Shown here piece after piece: positions 11,603-23,356 of a stretch of DNA of 64,000 bases. The position numbers and the translations under genes are program-made. The DNA lies in the NCBI GenBank assembly GCA_040285825.1, contig JAUPSS010000004.1, positions 6,477,784 to 6,541,783 of the forward strand, read 5' to 3'. This stretch comes from Eukaryota sp. TZLM1-RC (Eukaryota > Protista > Metamonada: BaSk clade). Within the stretch, counting starts at the first letter, position 1, and each line of letters begins with the position of its first letter. The notes beneath the pieces are model-generated. The model did no database searches and was not told the origin of the DNA. It was given only the letters and a program-made list of their open reading frames with translations.

Positions 11603-13063
11603 GTAATTATTGTGGCCCCCAAGAGTAATCCAAGCCTAGTTGCTCCAATTCTTCGCAATGCTGACCGCACTTCCTGTGCTCGCTTTGCCGAAGAATTGCG
11701 TGACTTTGCTATCCGTATGTTTCTGTCCCGTCCCGCCTCTTCAACTAATGCTCAGCTTTCCCGACACAGCTCTCGTTCCTCTTGCCGCTCTGCTCGCCGC
11801 AATGAACCCGTCGAAGTAGCTCAGCCCGCCGAAGAATTCAATCCCGTCGAAGCAGACCATGAAGAAGAAGAAAATCCTGAAGAAGTTCAATACAATCTCT
11901 ATGATTCTATTGACGAAGCTCATGAACCTGAATCTCTTGACCTGTTCTCTGAAGATAATGAGAACCCTGAAAACTTGTATAAGCTTGTGGATGCTCATAA
12001 CTCTGTTGCTAATGCTGAAGCCCTGATGTTACAATACATCCCAAGATGTATGGCCCCTGAAGTTCTCGATACATTGCTGATTATTCACCATATTTCCTCA
12101 AGGAAACCCAAGAAGATTCTCGATTATATCCTGTCCTGTACTAAGATAGAGGAAACAGCTCAAGCCTACAAGCTGTATGATTGTGTTACCCTGAACCTGA
12201 ACTGCCGAGATGCTGAAGAGGCCATTTCAAAAGTCACCCAGAAGACCCCAACTCTGCAGAGCAATAGCCAAGCTCTGACCCGTAAATTCCTGAATGGAAT
12301 CCGTCCTGAACCTTTAAAAAGGTTATTGAAGTCTGAAGCAGAAGACTTCCTTATCTCCTCTATCCCTGAAATCCTTAAGCGATTAACTGACCTCTTGCCT
12401 GAATATCATAGACCTTATTCCAAACATTACCAGCTATTTGAAGATAGACTAGCAAACAAGTACTCTGGAAACCCTAATCGAAGAATTAATAACCAAAGGT
12501 CCCGAAGAACTCCTAATAGGAGATACGTAACTCCAAATCAAGAACCACGAAGCATTAGAAGTAATGCTTCCCGATCTACTCAACCACAAGCCCGAACAGA
12601 TCGCTCCAACAAATCTCCCCACTTTGAGACCATTTGTAACTATTGCAAGAAACCCGGACACGTAGTCCGCGATTGCCCTGACCCTAACTGCAAATTGAGC
12701 CAAGTGAACAAGAAGAAACTTTATAAGAATCCAAGGAACCCTACTCACTCTAGAACTCATTCTACCCGTAATAAGACCCAATCAAATTCTATCGTCGAAT
12801 CCATTAAGGAAGGATTAAAGGAAGACTACTCAATCGACGAAACTTATTATTCTCGTACTGTAACCTACTCCAGCTCTTCTGACACTGAAGATTTAGCTTA
12901 TAACGTATCATTAAACCCTCTTTCAATAAACTCCCATAGCTACTCTGAAGACACTTTAAACTCTCCTAGCCCTAATACCTTTCTCTCGGACTTCAATTGC
13001 TATGATCTGGACGATGTGTTTGAAAATCTAGATTTTGCACTTTTAATGAAAAGACTGGACTGA
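11579..13063 (+). CDS. Gag-like protein, copy 2 (21-nt in-frame deletion vs copy 1)
   Basis: Near-identical to copy 1; lacks CSRDFMK. Confidence 0.8.
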   Translation: MHPFVDPTVIIVAPKSNPSLVAPILRNADRTSCARFAEELRDFAIRMFLSRPASSTNAQLSRHSSRSSCRSARRNEPVEVAQPAEEFNPVEADHEEEENPEEVQYNLYDSIDEAHEPESLDLFSEDNENPENLYKLVDAHNSVANAEALMLQYIPRCMAPEVLDTLLIIHHISSRKPKKILDYILSCTKIEETAQAYKLYDCVTLNLNCRDAEEAISKVTQKTPTLQSNSQALTRKFLNGIRPEPLKRLLKSEAEDFLISSIPEILKRLTDLLPEYHRPYSKHYQLFEDRLANKYSGNPNRRINNQRSRRTPNRRYVTPNQEPRSIRSNASRSTQPQARTDRSNKSPHFETICNYCKKPGHVVRDCPDPNCKLSQVNKKKLYKNPRNPTHSRTHSTRNKTQSNSIVESIKEGLKEDYSIDETYYSRTVTYSSSSDTEDLAYNVSLNPLSINSHSYSEDTLNSPSPNTFLSDFNCYDLDDVFENLDFALLMKRLD

Positions 13064-13101
13064 AGCTAACCCCATCGAAGAAGATCCTGATCCCACGCTC
13101 A

Positions 13102-14382
13102 ATGGTCCCAGAGATTCTGAACCACATCCATGGTTCCACCGAAGCCGGACATCCATCTCTCTCTAATTCCTGGAAGTCCCTTAAGAAGTCCGATTTTTAC
13201 TGGCCCACTATGAAAGCAGACCTTGAACTCCATGTTCGAAGTTGCATTCCCTGCCACAAGAACGCTGATGTCCCCAAGGCCCAGATCTCCGCCTCTGGAT
13301 CACTGTCTCGTTCCCACAGACCTTTCGAGTATCTGCACTGTGATACTATTGGTCCTTTCCAACCCGATTCTCGACAAAACAAATATGTACTTCATTTTGT
13401 CGATGCTTTCACCAAATTCAGCATTCTTGCCCCAGTGCCCGATATCAAAGCCATCACTGTAGCTGATTCGATCCTAACCCACGTTTACGCAATATTTGGA
13501 GCGCCAAAATCAATTCACTCAGATAATGGTACTGAGTTCTGCAACGCTGTCTTCGCCTCGTTATGTCAACTCTTAAACATAACCCATACCACCTCCATTC
13601 CACACTTTCACCAATCCAACGGTTTGGTTGAAAGACAACACCGTGTCCTCCTCCAGAATCTAAGAAAGATTCTTCTGGACTTTGCCGATTACGAAAAATG
13701 GTCCGATTACTTCCCGTTCTGCCAAATGATAGCAATTAGCAATCACCGGAAATCTCTCAACGCAAGTCCTTATGAACTCATGTCTGGCTCTGATGTATCT
13801 CCCCGTTTGTTACCGGTAGATATACTGAAAGCTCTGGAACCCAGACCAGATCAACCCGACGTGCCAGATTACCTAACGTATCTCTCTAACTTATCTTCTG
13901 AAATTAAAAACAAATGGAAATCTGTCCCAGTTAACTCCCCATCCGAATCCGAATTTCCTGAGCCGAAGTTTGTCCCTCAACCTGGTTCCCGCGTCTTCGT
14001 TCTGCGAGAAAGTCCCAACAAATTACATGGACATTTTGTTGGTCCCTACATCGTCAAACAAAACCTAACTCGTAGCTCCCTCCTAGTCGAAAACCCTATT
14101 ACTAGTTATCAGATCAAAACCTCTATTCATCTGATCAAACCTTGCTTGTCTTCCCTGCCAGACCATATTCTCAACGCCTATGTAGCCGCCGATGCTGGCG
14201 AACTCCTCATAGATGCCATTCTGGATGTCACTGACGGAAAAGCTTTAATTTTTTGGTCTGATGGAACCCAAACTACTCAACCTGAGCACACTGTGAAGAA
14301 TACTGTAGCCTATCAAAGGTTCAAGAAGATGATGATTTTGGACAAACCCAGAAGAAGAGGAAAAAGAAGAGAGAAGAGGTAG
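13102..14382 (+). CDS. Integrase, copy 2
   Basis: Same motifs as copy 1. Confidence 0.92.
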   Translation: MVPEILNHIHGSTEAGHPSLSNSWKSLKKSDFYWPTMKADLELHVRSCIPCHKNADVPKAQISASGSLSRSHRPFEYLHCDTIGPFQPDSRQNKYVLHFVDAFTKFSILAPVPDIKAITVADSILTHVYAIFGAPKSIHSDNGTEFCNAVFASLCQLLNITHTTSIPHFHQSNGLVERQHRVLLQNLRKILLDFADYEKWSDYFPFCQMIAISNHRKSLNASPYELMSGSDVSPRLLPVDILKALEPRPDQPDVPDYLTYLSNLSSEIKNKWKSVPVNSPSESEFPEPKFVPQPGSRVFVLRESPNKLHGHFVGPYIVKQNLTRSSLLVENPITSYQIKTSIHLIKPCLSSLPDHILNAYVAADAGELLIDAILDVTDGKALIFWSDGTQTTQPEHTVKNTVAYQRFKKMMILDKPRRRGKRREKR

Positions 14383-14568
14383 TGTAGGCTTATGCCAATA
14401 TAGGTTATAGTTTATTATTGTTTATTAGTAGTTACAGTACCACGTGATGCCACGTCATCACTTATTTATCTAGACTCTTGTTCAAATTCTGCTGATTATT
14501 CACACCCGCTGTAAGAAACACCCTGTTTCCTAGTTTATTACCTGATGCATCCCTTTGTTGACCCAACA
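14383..14568 (+). repeat. LTR 3 (shared)
   Basis: 186-bp repeat. Confidence 0.92.
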
Positions 14569-16029
14569 GTAATTATTGTGGCCCCCAAGAGTAATCCAAG
14601 CCTAGTTGCTCCAATTCTTCGCAATGCTGACCGCACTTCCTGTGCTCGCTTTGCCGAAGAATTGCGTGACTTTGCTATCCGTATGTTTCTGTCCCGTCCC
14701 GCCTCTTCAACTAATGCTCAGCTTTCCCGACACAGCTCTCGTTCCTCTTGCCGCTCTGCTCGCCGCAATGAACCCGTCGAAGTAGCTCAGCCCGCCGAAG
14801 AATTCAATCCCGTCGAAGCAGACCATGAAGAAGAAGAAAAATCCTGAAGAAGTTCAATACAATCTCTATGATTCTATTGACGAAGCTCATGAACCTGAAT
14901 CTCTTGACCTGTTCTCTGAAGATAATGAGAACCCTGAAAACTTGTATAAGCTTGTGGATGCTCATAACTCTGTTGCTAATGCTGAAGCCCTGATGTTACA
15001 ATACATCCCAAGATGTATGGCCCTGAAGTTCTCGATACATTGCTGATTATTCACCATATTTCCTCAAGGAAACCCAAGAAGATTCTCGATTATATCCTGT
15101 CCTGTACTAAGATAGAGGAAACAGCTCAAGCCTACAAGCTGTATGATTGTGTTACCCTGAACCTGAACTGCCGAGATGCTGAAGAGGCCATTTCAAAAGT
15201 CACCCAGAAGACCCCAACTCTGCAGAGCAATAGCCAAGCTCTGACCCGTAAATTCCTGAATGGAATCCGTCCTGAACCTTTAAAAAGGTTATTGAAGTCT
15301 GAAGCAGAAGACTTCCTTATCTCCTCTATCCCTGAAATCCTTAAGCGATTAACTGACCTCTTGCCTGAATATCATAGACCTTATTCCAAACATTACCAGC
15401 TATTTGAAGATAGACTAGCAAACAAGTACTCTGGAAACCCTAATCGAAGAATTAATAACCAAAGGTCCCGAAGAACTCCTAATAGGAGATACGTAACTCC
15501 AAATCAAGAACCACGAAGCATTAGAAGTAATGCTTCCCGATCTACTCAACCACAAGCCCGAACAGATCGCTCCAACAAATCTCCCCACTTTGAGACCATT
15601 TGTAACTATTGCAAGAAACCCGGACACGTAGTCCGCGATTGCCCTGACCCTAACTGCAAATTGAGCCAAGTGAACAAGAAGAAACTTTATAAGAATCCAA
15701 GGAACCCTACTCACTCTAGAACTCATTCTACCCGTAATAAGACCCAATCAAATTCTATCGTCGAATCCATTAAGGAAGGATTAAAGGAAGACTACTCAAT
15801 CGACGAAACTTATTATTCTCGTACTGTAACCTACTCCAGCTCTTCTGACACTGAAGATTTAGCTTATAACGTATCATTAAACCCTCTTTCAATAAACTCC
15901 CATAGCTACTCTGAAGACACTTTAAACTCTCCTAGCCCTAATACCTTTCTCTCGGACTTCAATTGCTATGATCTGGACGATGTGTTTGAAAATCTAGATT
16001 TTGCACTTTTAATGAAAAGACTGGACTGA
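14545..16029 (+). pseudogene. Gag-like, copy 3, two compensating 1-bp indels in homopolymers
   Basis: +A near 14840 and -C near 15022 relative to copy 2; may be sequencing errors. Confidence 0.7.
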
Positions 16030-16067
16030 AGCTAACCCCATCGAAGAAGATCCTGATCCCACGCTCA

Positions 16068-17348
16068 ATGGTCCCAGAGATTCTGAACCACATCCATGGT
16101 TCCACCGAAGCCGGACATCCATCTCTCTCTAATTCCTGGAAGTCCCTTAAGAAGTCCGATTTTTACTGGCCCACTATGAAAGCAGACCTTGAACTCCATG
16201 TTCGAAGTTGCATTCCCTGCCACAAGAACGCTGATGTCCCCAAGGCCCAGATCTCCGCCTCTGGATCACTGTCTCGTTCCCACAGACCTTTCGAGTATCT
16301 GCACTGTGATACTATTGGTCCTTTCCAACCCGATTCTCGACAAAACAAATATGTACTTCATTTTGTCGATGCTTTCACCAAATTCAGCATTCTTGCCCCA
16401 GTGCCCGATATCAAAGCCATCACTGTAGCTGATTCGATCCTAACCCACGTTTACGCAATATTTGGAGCGCCAAAATCAATTCACTCAGATAATGGTACTG
16501 AGTTCTGCAACGCTGTCTTCGCCTCGTTATGTCAACTCTTAAACATAACCCATACCACCTCCATTCCACACTTTCACCAATCCAACGGTTTGGTTGAAAG
16601 ACAACACCGTGTCCTCCTCCAGAATCTAAGAAAGATTCTTCTGGACTTTGCCGATTACGAAAAATGGTCCGATTACTTCCCGTTCTGCCAAATGATAGCA
16701 ATTAGCAATCACCGGAAATCTCTCAACGCAAGTCCTTATGAACTCATGTCTGGCTCTGATGTATCTCCCCGTTTGTTACCGGTAGATATACTGAAAGCTC
16801 TGGAACCCAGACCAGATCAACCCGACGTGCCAGATTACCTAACGTATCTCTCTAACTTATCTTCTGAAATTAAAAACAAATGGAAATCTGTCCCAGTTAA
16901 CTCCCCATCCGAATCCGAATTTCCTGAGCCGAAGTTTGTCCCTCAACCTGGTTCCCGCGTCTTCGTTCTGCGAGAAAGTCCCAACAAATTACATGGACAT
17001 TTTGTTGGTCCCTACATCGTCAAACAAAACCTAACTCGTAGCTCCCTCCTAGTCGAAAACCCTATTACTAGTTATCAGATCAAAACCTCTATTCATCTGA
17101 TCAAACCTTGCTTGTCTTCCCTGCCAGACCATATTCTCAACGCCTATGTAGCCGCCGATGCTGGCGAACTCCTCATAGATGCCATTCTGGATGTCACTGA
17201 CGGAAAAGCTTTAATTTTTTGGTCTGATGGAACCCAAACTACTCAACCTGAGCACACTGTGAAGAATACTGTAGCCTATCAAAGGTTCAAGAAGATGATG
17301 ATTTTGGACAAACCCAGAAGAAGAGGAAAAAGAAGAGAGAAGAGGTAG
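16068..17348 (+). CDS. Integrase, copy 3
   Basis: Same translation as copy 2. Confidence 0.92.
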   Translation: MVPEILNHIHGSTEAGHPSLSNSWKSLKKSDFYWPTMKADLELHVRSCIPCHKNADVPKAQISASGSLSRSHRPFEYLHCDTIGPFQPDSRQNKYVLHFVDAFTKFSILAPVPDIKAITVADSILTHVYAIFGAPKSIHSDNGTEFCNAVFASLCQLLNITHTTSIPHFHQSNGLVERQHRVLLQNLRKILLDFADYEKWSDYFPFCQMIAISNHRKSLNASPYELMSGSDVSPRLLPVDILKALEPRPDQPDVPDYLTYLSNLSSEIKNKWKSVPVNSPSESEFPEPKFVPQPGSRVFVLRESPNKLHGHFVGPYIVKQNLTRSSLLVENPITSYQIKTSIHLIKPCLSSLPDHILNAYVAADAGELLIDAILDVTDGKALIFWSDGTQTTQPEHTVKNTVAYQRFKKMMILDKPRRRGKRREKR

Positions 17349-17534
17349 TGTAGGCTTATGCCAATATAGGTTATAGTTTATTATTGTTTATTAGTAGTTA
17401 CAGTACCACGTGATGCCACGTCATCACTTATTTATCTAGACTCTTGTTCAAATTCTGCTGATTATTCACACCCGCTGTAATAAACACCCTGTTTCCTAGT
17501 TTATTACCTGATGCATCCCTTTGTTGACCCAACA
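17349..17534 (+). repeat. LTR 4 (shared)
   Basis: 186-bp repeat. Confidence 0.92.
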
Positions 17535-18993
17535 GTAATTATTGTGGCCCCCAAGAGTAATCCAAGCCTAGTTGCTCCAATTCTTCGCAATGCTGACCGC
17601 ACTTCCTGTGCTCGCTTTGCCGAAGAATTGCGTGACTTTGCTATCCGTATGTTTCTGTCCCGTCCCGCCTCTTCAACTAATGCTCAGCTTTCCCGACACA
17701 GCTCTCGTTCCTCTTGCCGCTCTGCTCGCCGCAATGAACCCGTCGAAGTAGCTCAGCCCGCCGAAGAATTCAATCCCGTCGAAGCAGACCATGAAGAAGA
17801 AGAAAATCCTGAAGAAGTTCAATACAATCTCTATGATTCTATTGACGAAGCTCATGAACCTGAATCTCTTGACCTGTTCTCTGAAGATAATGAGAACCCT
17901 GAAAACTTGTATAAGCTTGTGGATGCTCATAACTCTGTTGCTAATGCTGAAGCCCTGATGTTACAATACATCCCAAGATGTATGGCCCTGAAGTTCTCGA
18001 TACATTGCTGATTATTCACCATATTTCCTCAAGGAAACCCAAGAAGATTCTCGATTATATCCTGTCCTGTACTAAGATAGAGGAAACAGCTCAAGCCTAC
18101 AAGCTGTATGATTGTGTTACCCTGAACCTGAACTGCCGAGATGCTGAAGAGGCCATTTCAAAAGTCACCCAGAAGACCCCAACTCTGCAGAGCAATAGCC
18201 AAGCTCTGACCCGTAAATTCCTGAATGGAATCCGTCCTGAACCTTTAAAAGGTTATTGAAGTCTGAAGCAGAAGACTTCCTTATCTCCTCTATCCCTGAA
18301 ATCCTTAAGCGATTAACTGACCTCTTGCCTGAATATCATAGACCTTATTCCAAACATTACCAGCTATTTGAAGATAGACTAGCAAACAAGTACTCTGGAA
18401 ACCCTAATCGAAGAATTAATAACCAAAGGTCCCGAAGAACTCCTAATAGGAGATACGTAACTCCAAATCAAGAGCCACGAAGCATTAGAAGTAATGCTTC
18501 CCGATCTACTCAACCACAAGCCCGAACAGATCGCTCCAACAAATCTCCCCACTTTGAGACCATTTGTAACTATTGCAAGAAACCCGGACACGTAGTCCGC
18601 GATTGCCCTGACCCTAACTGCAAATTGAGCCAAGTGAACAAGAAGAAACTTTATAAGAATCCAAGGAACCCTACTCACTCTAGAACTCATTCTACCCGTA
18701 ATAAGACCCAATCAAATTCTATCGTCGAATCCATTAAGGAAGGATTAAAGGAAGACTACTCAATCGACGAAACTTATTATTCTCGTACTGTAACCTACTC
18801 CAGCTCTTCTGACACTGAAGATTTAGCTTATAACGTATCATTAAACCCTCTTTCAATAAACTCCCATAGCTACTCTGAAGACACTTTAAACTCTCCTAGC
18901 CCTAATACCTTTCTCTCGGACTTCAATTGCTATGATCTGGACGATGTGTTTGAAAATCTAGATTTTGCACTTTTAATGAAAAGACTGGACTGA
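17511..18993 (+). pseudogene. Gag-like, copy 4, two 1-bp homopolymer deletions
   Basis: -C near 17987 and -A near 18250; may be sequencing errors. Confidence 0.7.
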
Positions 18994-19031
18994 AGCTAAC
19001 CCCATCGAAGAAGATCCTGATCCCACGCTCA

Positions 19032-20312
19032 ATGGTCCCAGAGATTCTGAACCACATCCATGGTTCCACCGAAGCCGGACATCCATCTCTCTCTAATTCC
19101 TGGAAGTCCCTTAAGAAGTCCGATTTTTACTGGCCCACTATGAAAGCAGACCTTGAACTCCATGTTCGAAGTTGCATTCCCTGCCACAAGAACGCTGATG
19201 TCCCCAAGGCCCAGATCTCCGCCTCTGGATCACTGTCTCGTTCCCACAGACCTTTCGAGTATCTGCACTGTGATACTATTGGTCCTTTCCAACCCGATTC
19301 TCGACAAAACAAATATGTACTTCATTTTGTCGATGCTTTCACCAAATTCAGCATTCTTGCCCCAGTGCCCGATATCAAAGCCATCACTGTAGCTGATTCG
19401 ATCCTAACCCACGTTTACGCAATATTTGGAGCGCCAAAATCAATTCACTCAGATAATGGTACTGAGTTCTGCAACGCTGTCTTCGCCTCGTTATGTCAAC
19501 TCTTAAACATAACCCATACCACCTCCATTCCACACTTTCACCAATCCAACGGTTTGGTTGAAAGACAACACCGTGTCCTCCTCCAGAATCTAAGAAAGAT
19601 TCTTCTGGACTTTGCCGATTACGAAAAATGGTCCGATTACTTCCCGTTCTGCCAAATGATAGCAATTAGCAATCACCGGAAATCTCTCAACGCAAGTCCT
19701 TATGAACTCATGTCTGGCTCTGATGTATCTCCCCGTTTGTTACCGGTAGATATACTGAAAGCTCTGGAACCCAGACCAGATCAACCCGACGTGCCAGATT
19801 ACCTAACGTATCTCTCTAACTTATCTTCTGAAATTAAAAACAAATGGAAATCTGTCCCAGTTAACTCCCCATCCGAATCCGAATTTCCTGAGCCGAAGTT
19901 TGTCCCTCAACCTGGTTCCCGCGTCTTCGTTCTGCGAGAAAGTCCCAACAAATTACATGGACATTTTGTTGGTCCCTACATCGTCAAACAAAACCTAACT
20001 CGTAGCTCCCTCCTAGTCGAAAACCCTATTACTAGTTATCAGATCAAAACCTCTATTCATCTGATCAAACCTTGCTTGTCTTCCCTGCCAGACCATATTC
20101 TCAACGCCTATGTAGCCGCCGATGCTGGCGAACTCCTCATAGATGCCATTCTGGATGTCACTGACGGAAAAGCTTTAATTTTTTGGTCTGATGGAACCCA
20201 AACTACTCAACCTGAGCACACTGTGAAGAATACTGTAGCCTATCAAAGGTTCAAGAAGATGATGATTTTGGACAAACCCAGAAGAAGAGGAAAAAGAAGA
20301 GAGAAGAGGTAG
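19032..20312 (+). CDS. Integrase, copy 4
   Basis: Same translation as copy 2. Confidence 0.92.
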   Translation: MVPEILNHIHGSTEAGHPSLSNSWKSLKKSDFYWPTMKADLELHVRSCIPCHKNADVPKAQISASGSLSRSHRPFEYLHCDTIGPFQPDSRQNKYVLHFVDAFTKFSILAPVPDIKAITVADSILTHVYAIFGAPKSIHSDNGTEFCNAVFASLCQLLNITHTTSIPHFHQSNGLVERQHRVLLQNLRKILLDFADYEKWSDYFPFCQMIAISNHRKSLNASPYELMSGSDVSPRLLPVDILKALEPRPDQPDVPDYLTYLSNLSSEIKNKWKSVPVNSPSESEFPEPKFVPQPGSRVFVLRESPNKLHGHFVGPYIVKQNLTRSSLLVENPITSYQIKTSIHLIKPCLSSLPDHILNAYVAADAGELLIDAILDVTDGKALIFWSDGTQTTQPEHTVKNTVAYQRFKKMMILDKPRRRGKRREKR

Positions 20313-20498
20313 TGTAGGCTTATGCCAATATAGGTTATAGTTTATTATTGTTTATTAGTAGTTACAGTACCACGTGATGCCACGTCATCACTTATTTATC
20401 TAGACTCTTGTTCAAATTCTGCTGATTATTCACACCCGCTGTAATAAACACCCTGTTTCCTAGTTTATTACCTGATGCATCCCTTTGTTGACCCAACA
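20313..20498 (+). repeat. LTR 5 (terminal)
   Basis: 186-bp repeat followed by TSD GAGA. Confidence 0.92.
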
Positions 20499-21225
20499 GA
20501 GATGTTTTCTATGGCCTTGTTCTTTACCAAATGATTTAATTTGTCGCTGCAAGAGTGTTGTTACGCTTTCCCATATTTTAAACTGTAAGTATTTCATAAC
20601 TTATCGCTCAATTGTTCATGACTCAGTTCGTGATCAATTATATGCCATGTGCAAAAGTTTCAATATAGAGGCATTTATTGCGCCATTAGTACGTAAGCTA
20701 TCTTCAGATCAAACTGATGATTCCTTTGGTAAAAGAAGGACAGATTTAGCAGCTCCAGAAATCGATGGTGTTCTCAATGTTGTGGATGTTGTCTCAGTTG
20801 ATGTTTGCAAAAATTTTGCTGCTCGTTTGGTGTATTCCGCTGATTCGCTGCTAACTAACGCTGAGAAACAGACAATAAAAAAATATGAAGAACCATTGGC
20901 ACAATTAGGTAGAGTCGAACACGTGAAATATCAGTTTGTTCCGTTTGAAATTTCTCTTTTTGGCAATCCTGGACCTTCAGGATTACACATTTTTGCAGAT
21001 TTCAAAAAAGGTTTACTAAATAGATCTCGTAAAACAATGAATTCCACTTTCTGGTTAAATAGAATTGTTTTTTTGCATTTTCAAGTCTATTCCTACAATG
21101 ATTTCTAAAGCTCCTTTAGCTATTGGTGTAGAATATGAACGAAATGTTGTGAGTAGGTTTAGCAATATTGATGCTTGTTTGGAGGATATTGAATATTAGA
21201 CAGAATTTTAATTCAATAAAAATAC
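20499..21225 (+). mobile_element. Family A RLE non-LTR 3' end (host of the LTR array insertion)
   Basis: CRC..HILNC zinc finger, HDSVRD, RRTD..VVDV..KKY..FVPFE RLE motifs; AATAAAA after the stop. Confidence 0.8.
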
Positions 21226-21239
21226 AGGTTTAAAATCAA

Positions 21240-22815
21240 ATTCTCCAGTTTCTGCAATAGTTGATGGTATTGCAATTCAAGCCAAATGATATTCAATTGA
21301 TGCTATTCGTAATTTGGGTTCGTTTTTCGGAAATAGTGATGAAATAACCAAAGAATTGTTTGATAAGTTGAACTCAATTTTCGAAAAAATTGACCAATGA
21401 TGACTTTAGATATACAGAAACCTATCAAATTTACCATTATAAGATTATGTTTTAGTTCCAAATTTAATCATATATTTCGATCTACAAATCCTCTTACCAC
21501 TAGGCGTTTGGCCCAAAAGTTTAATGAAGTACGTGCAAATGTGTTATCACAATTACTAGGATGTAAAATGTTCCAAATTCCTGACCATGCTTTCCTTAGT
21601 CCAAATTATGGCGGTTTAGGTTGGATAAAGGTCTCAATTCTTACTTCATGTGCTTTTATCGGTGGATGCAGAAATGCAATTTTTGAGTTTTCTGAAAGAT
21701 TTGCAGATTGGGATGATTTATTAATGACAAGGCAAAGTTCAACTGTTTTTGCTTTAAATGAAAAAATTTCGACAATTGATGTAGAAAAAAGGAATTGATG
21801 CTTTCCCCCATCATTCTATGGTAATATTTTGAAAAAACAAATTTTAAATTTAAAATATTTTTCTTCGAACATTACAGAAACGATTGACTGGAATATATGA
21901 AAATGATCTTTATAATAATATATGCAGCTCGGCTGTTTTAAATCAAGATCTTCACTCATTGATATTGGAAAAAGGTGTTTGTGAAAATCAGTCATCACAT
22001 TCTTCACTGTTTGTGACCATTGTGCCACGAATATTTAGACTGTGTGCTAATAGTGAAGCATTTGAAACAAAAATGAGATTATATTTGAATATTCCCTGTA
22101 TACAATTATTATTGAATGAAAAATGTATTTGTTGGAATTCACCTCAGCTCACTTTGTGTCATGCTCTCAAACGTTCTAAATTGATAGCATATCGTTCTTC
22201 GTAACATGATGCTGTTAGAGACACTGTTTTCAATATGGCACGAACTGCAAGAATCTCGTGTATTAAAGAGCCTCTGCTGAAAGAAACACTGTCATTAAAT
22301 AATTTCGATTTTGATGATAGAGGTGATGTCTACTGTGATTTTCTTGAGAACAATGAAGCTGTTGTTGACTTTGTCTCCTGTAATGTTGCAAATGACATTT
22401 TGGTTCAAAGAAGAAAAGTTAATGCTGTAAGTGCTCTTGAATTTAAAGCTAAAGAAAAACATAGAAAATATGACAAGGATATCGAAGAAGCCAATGCTGA
22501 TGGAAACAGATCACTTGTTTTCATTGTTTTTCCATTTTCGATAAACGGAAGACTATAAGTAGAAGCAGGAACTTTTTTGAATGATTTCCAAAAATGGTTC
22601 AAAAAAAATAATGAAAAGATTTGACATCTTCTTATGGCGCTTTCGAATTTAATTTGCCATAAATAATAGATTACTCCGGCTTTTCAATCGAATTACAGAA
22701 GCTTTAGCTAGACAGCAAGCAGATCTAGATTTTGTATAGGAAGTCTTGGTGCAACGAATTTCGTCCCATTTATTATGATTTTATTTTGTCAGGTGTGCAA
22801 GATCAATAAAAAAAG
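21240..22815 (+). mobile_element. Decayed family B RLE non-LTR retrotransposon (post-RT region, ZF, RLE, A-tail)
   Basis: RLCFSSKFNHIFRS, YGGLG, CIC..H, HDAVRD, RGDVYC, KEKHRKY; ends AATAAAAAAA near 22805-22814. Confidence 0.8.
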
Positions 22816-22891
22816 GAAGTAGGTTTGCAAATGTTTTTTATTTAAAAAAATCCAAAAATGCTACAGATTTACTGTAGTAAAAAGCTATAAC

Positions 22892-23356
22892 TTAAGACAA
22901 ATATGGAGGCCTATCACCAACACTATCCTCTACAAAACAATCCACAATTGCCTTTATGTTGATACATCCTAACTTGTTACGATTCCATACCTTATCCTTT
23001 CCATCACATTCTTCTCTACAAATTTCAGATCGACATCTTAACAAAGCATGACATCTCACAGTAGGATATTTTTCTCTCATCCATGGCCTAGGATTCTAAA
23101 CATCAAGAAATACATTTACTGGGTTATAACAAGTTGGACACTTTAAAGATGTGTTTCTCTCATCAACTAAACATACTGTATAACCATTTCTCTTAAAGAA
23201 ATTTCTCCATCCAACTCCTCTACTTGATCGATGATGCTTTAAATTCTTTCTCTTATTGCCATTGTCACCAAACATTAGGATAGTGTCTTCTTGCTTCCAC
23301 TGCTTCTCAGCCATTCTTTTTAATAAACTTAGCCTCTGTTTTCTGCTGATGGACAT
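22892..23356 (-). pseudogene. Fanzor1 (TnpB-like) C-terminal fragment with in-frame TAG at 23096-23098
   Basis: MFGD..RGVGWRNFFKRNGYTVCLVDERNTSLKCPTC..NPRPW..HALLRC..C..WNRNKLGCINI..RPPYL = RuvC-II, zinc finger and RuvC-III region. Confidence 0.8.

Larger units (their letters stand above)
8430..20498 (+). mobile_element. Tandem array of four Ty3/gypsy-derived LTR elements (gag + integrase only) sharing five LTRs
   Basis: Units of 2987/2966/2966/2964 bp; TGT..ACA LTRs; PPT before each internal LTR; 4-bp TSD GAGA at 8426-8429 and 20499-20502; homologous empty site visible at 7870-7890 (ATGAGAATGAGATGTTT). Confidence 0.92.

Noticed and set aside
8430-20498. Array as a CRISPR-like or Ginger TIR element
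   Set aside because: Repeats are 186-bp direct LTRs with PPT and near-identical coding interiors; no spacers or long TIRs
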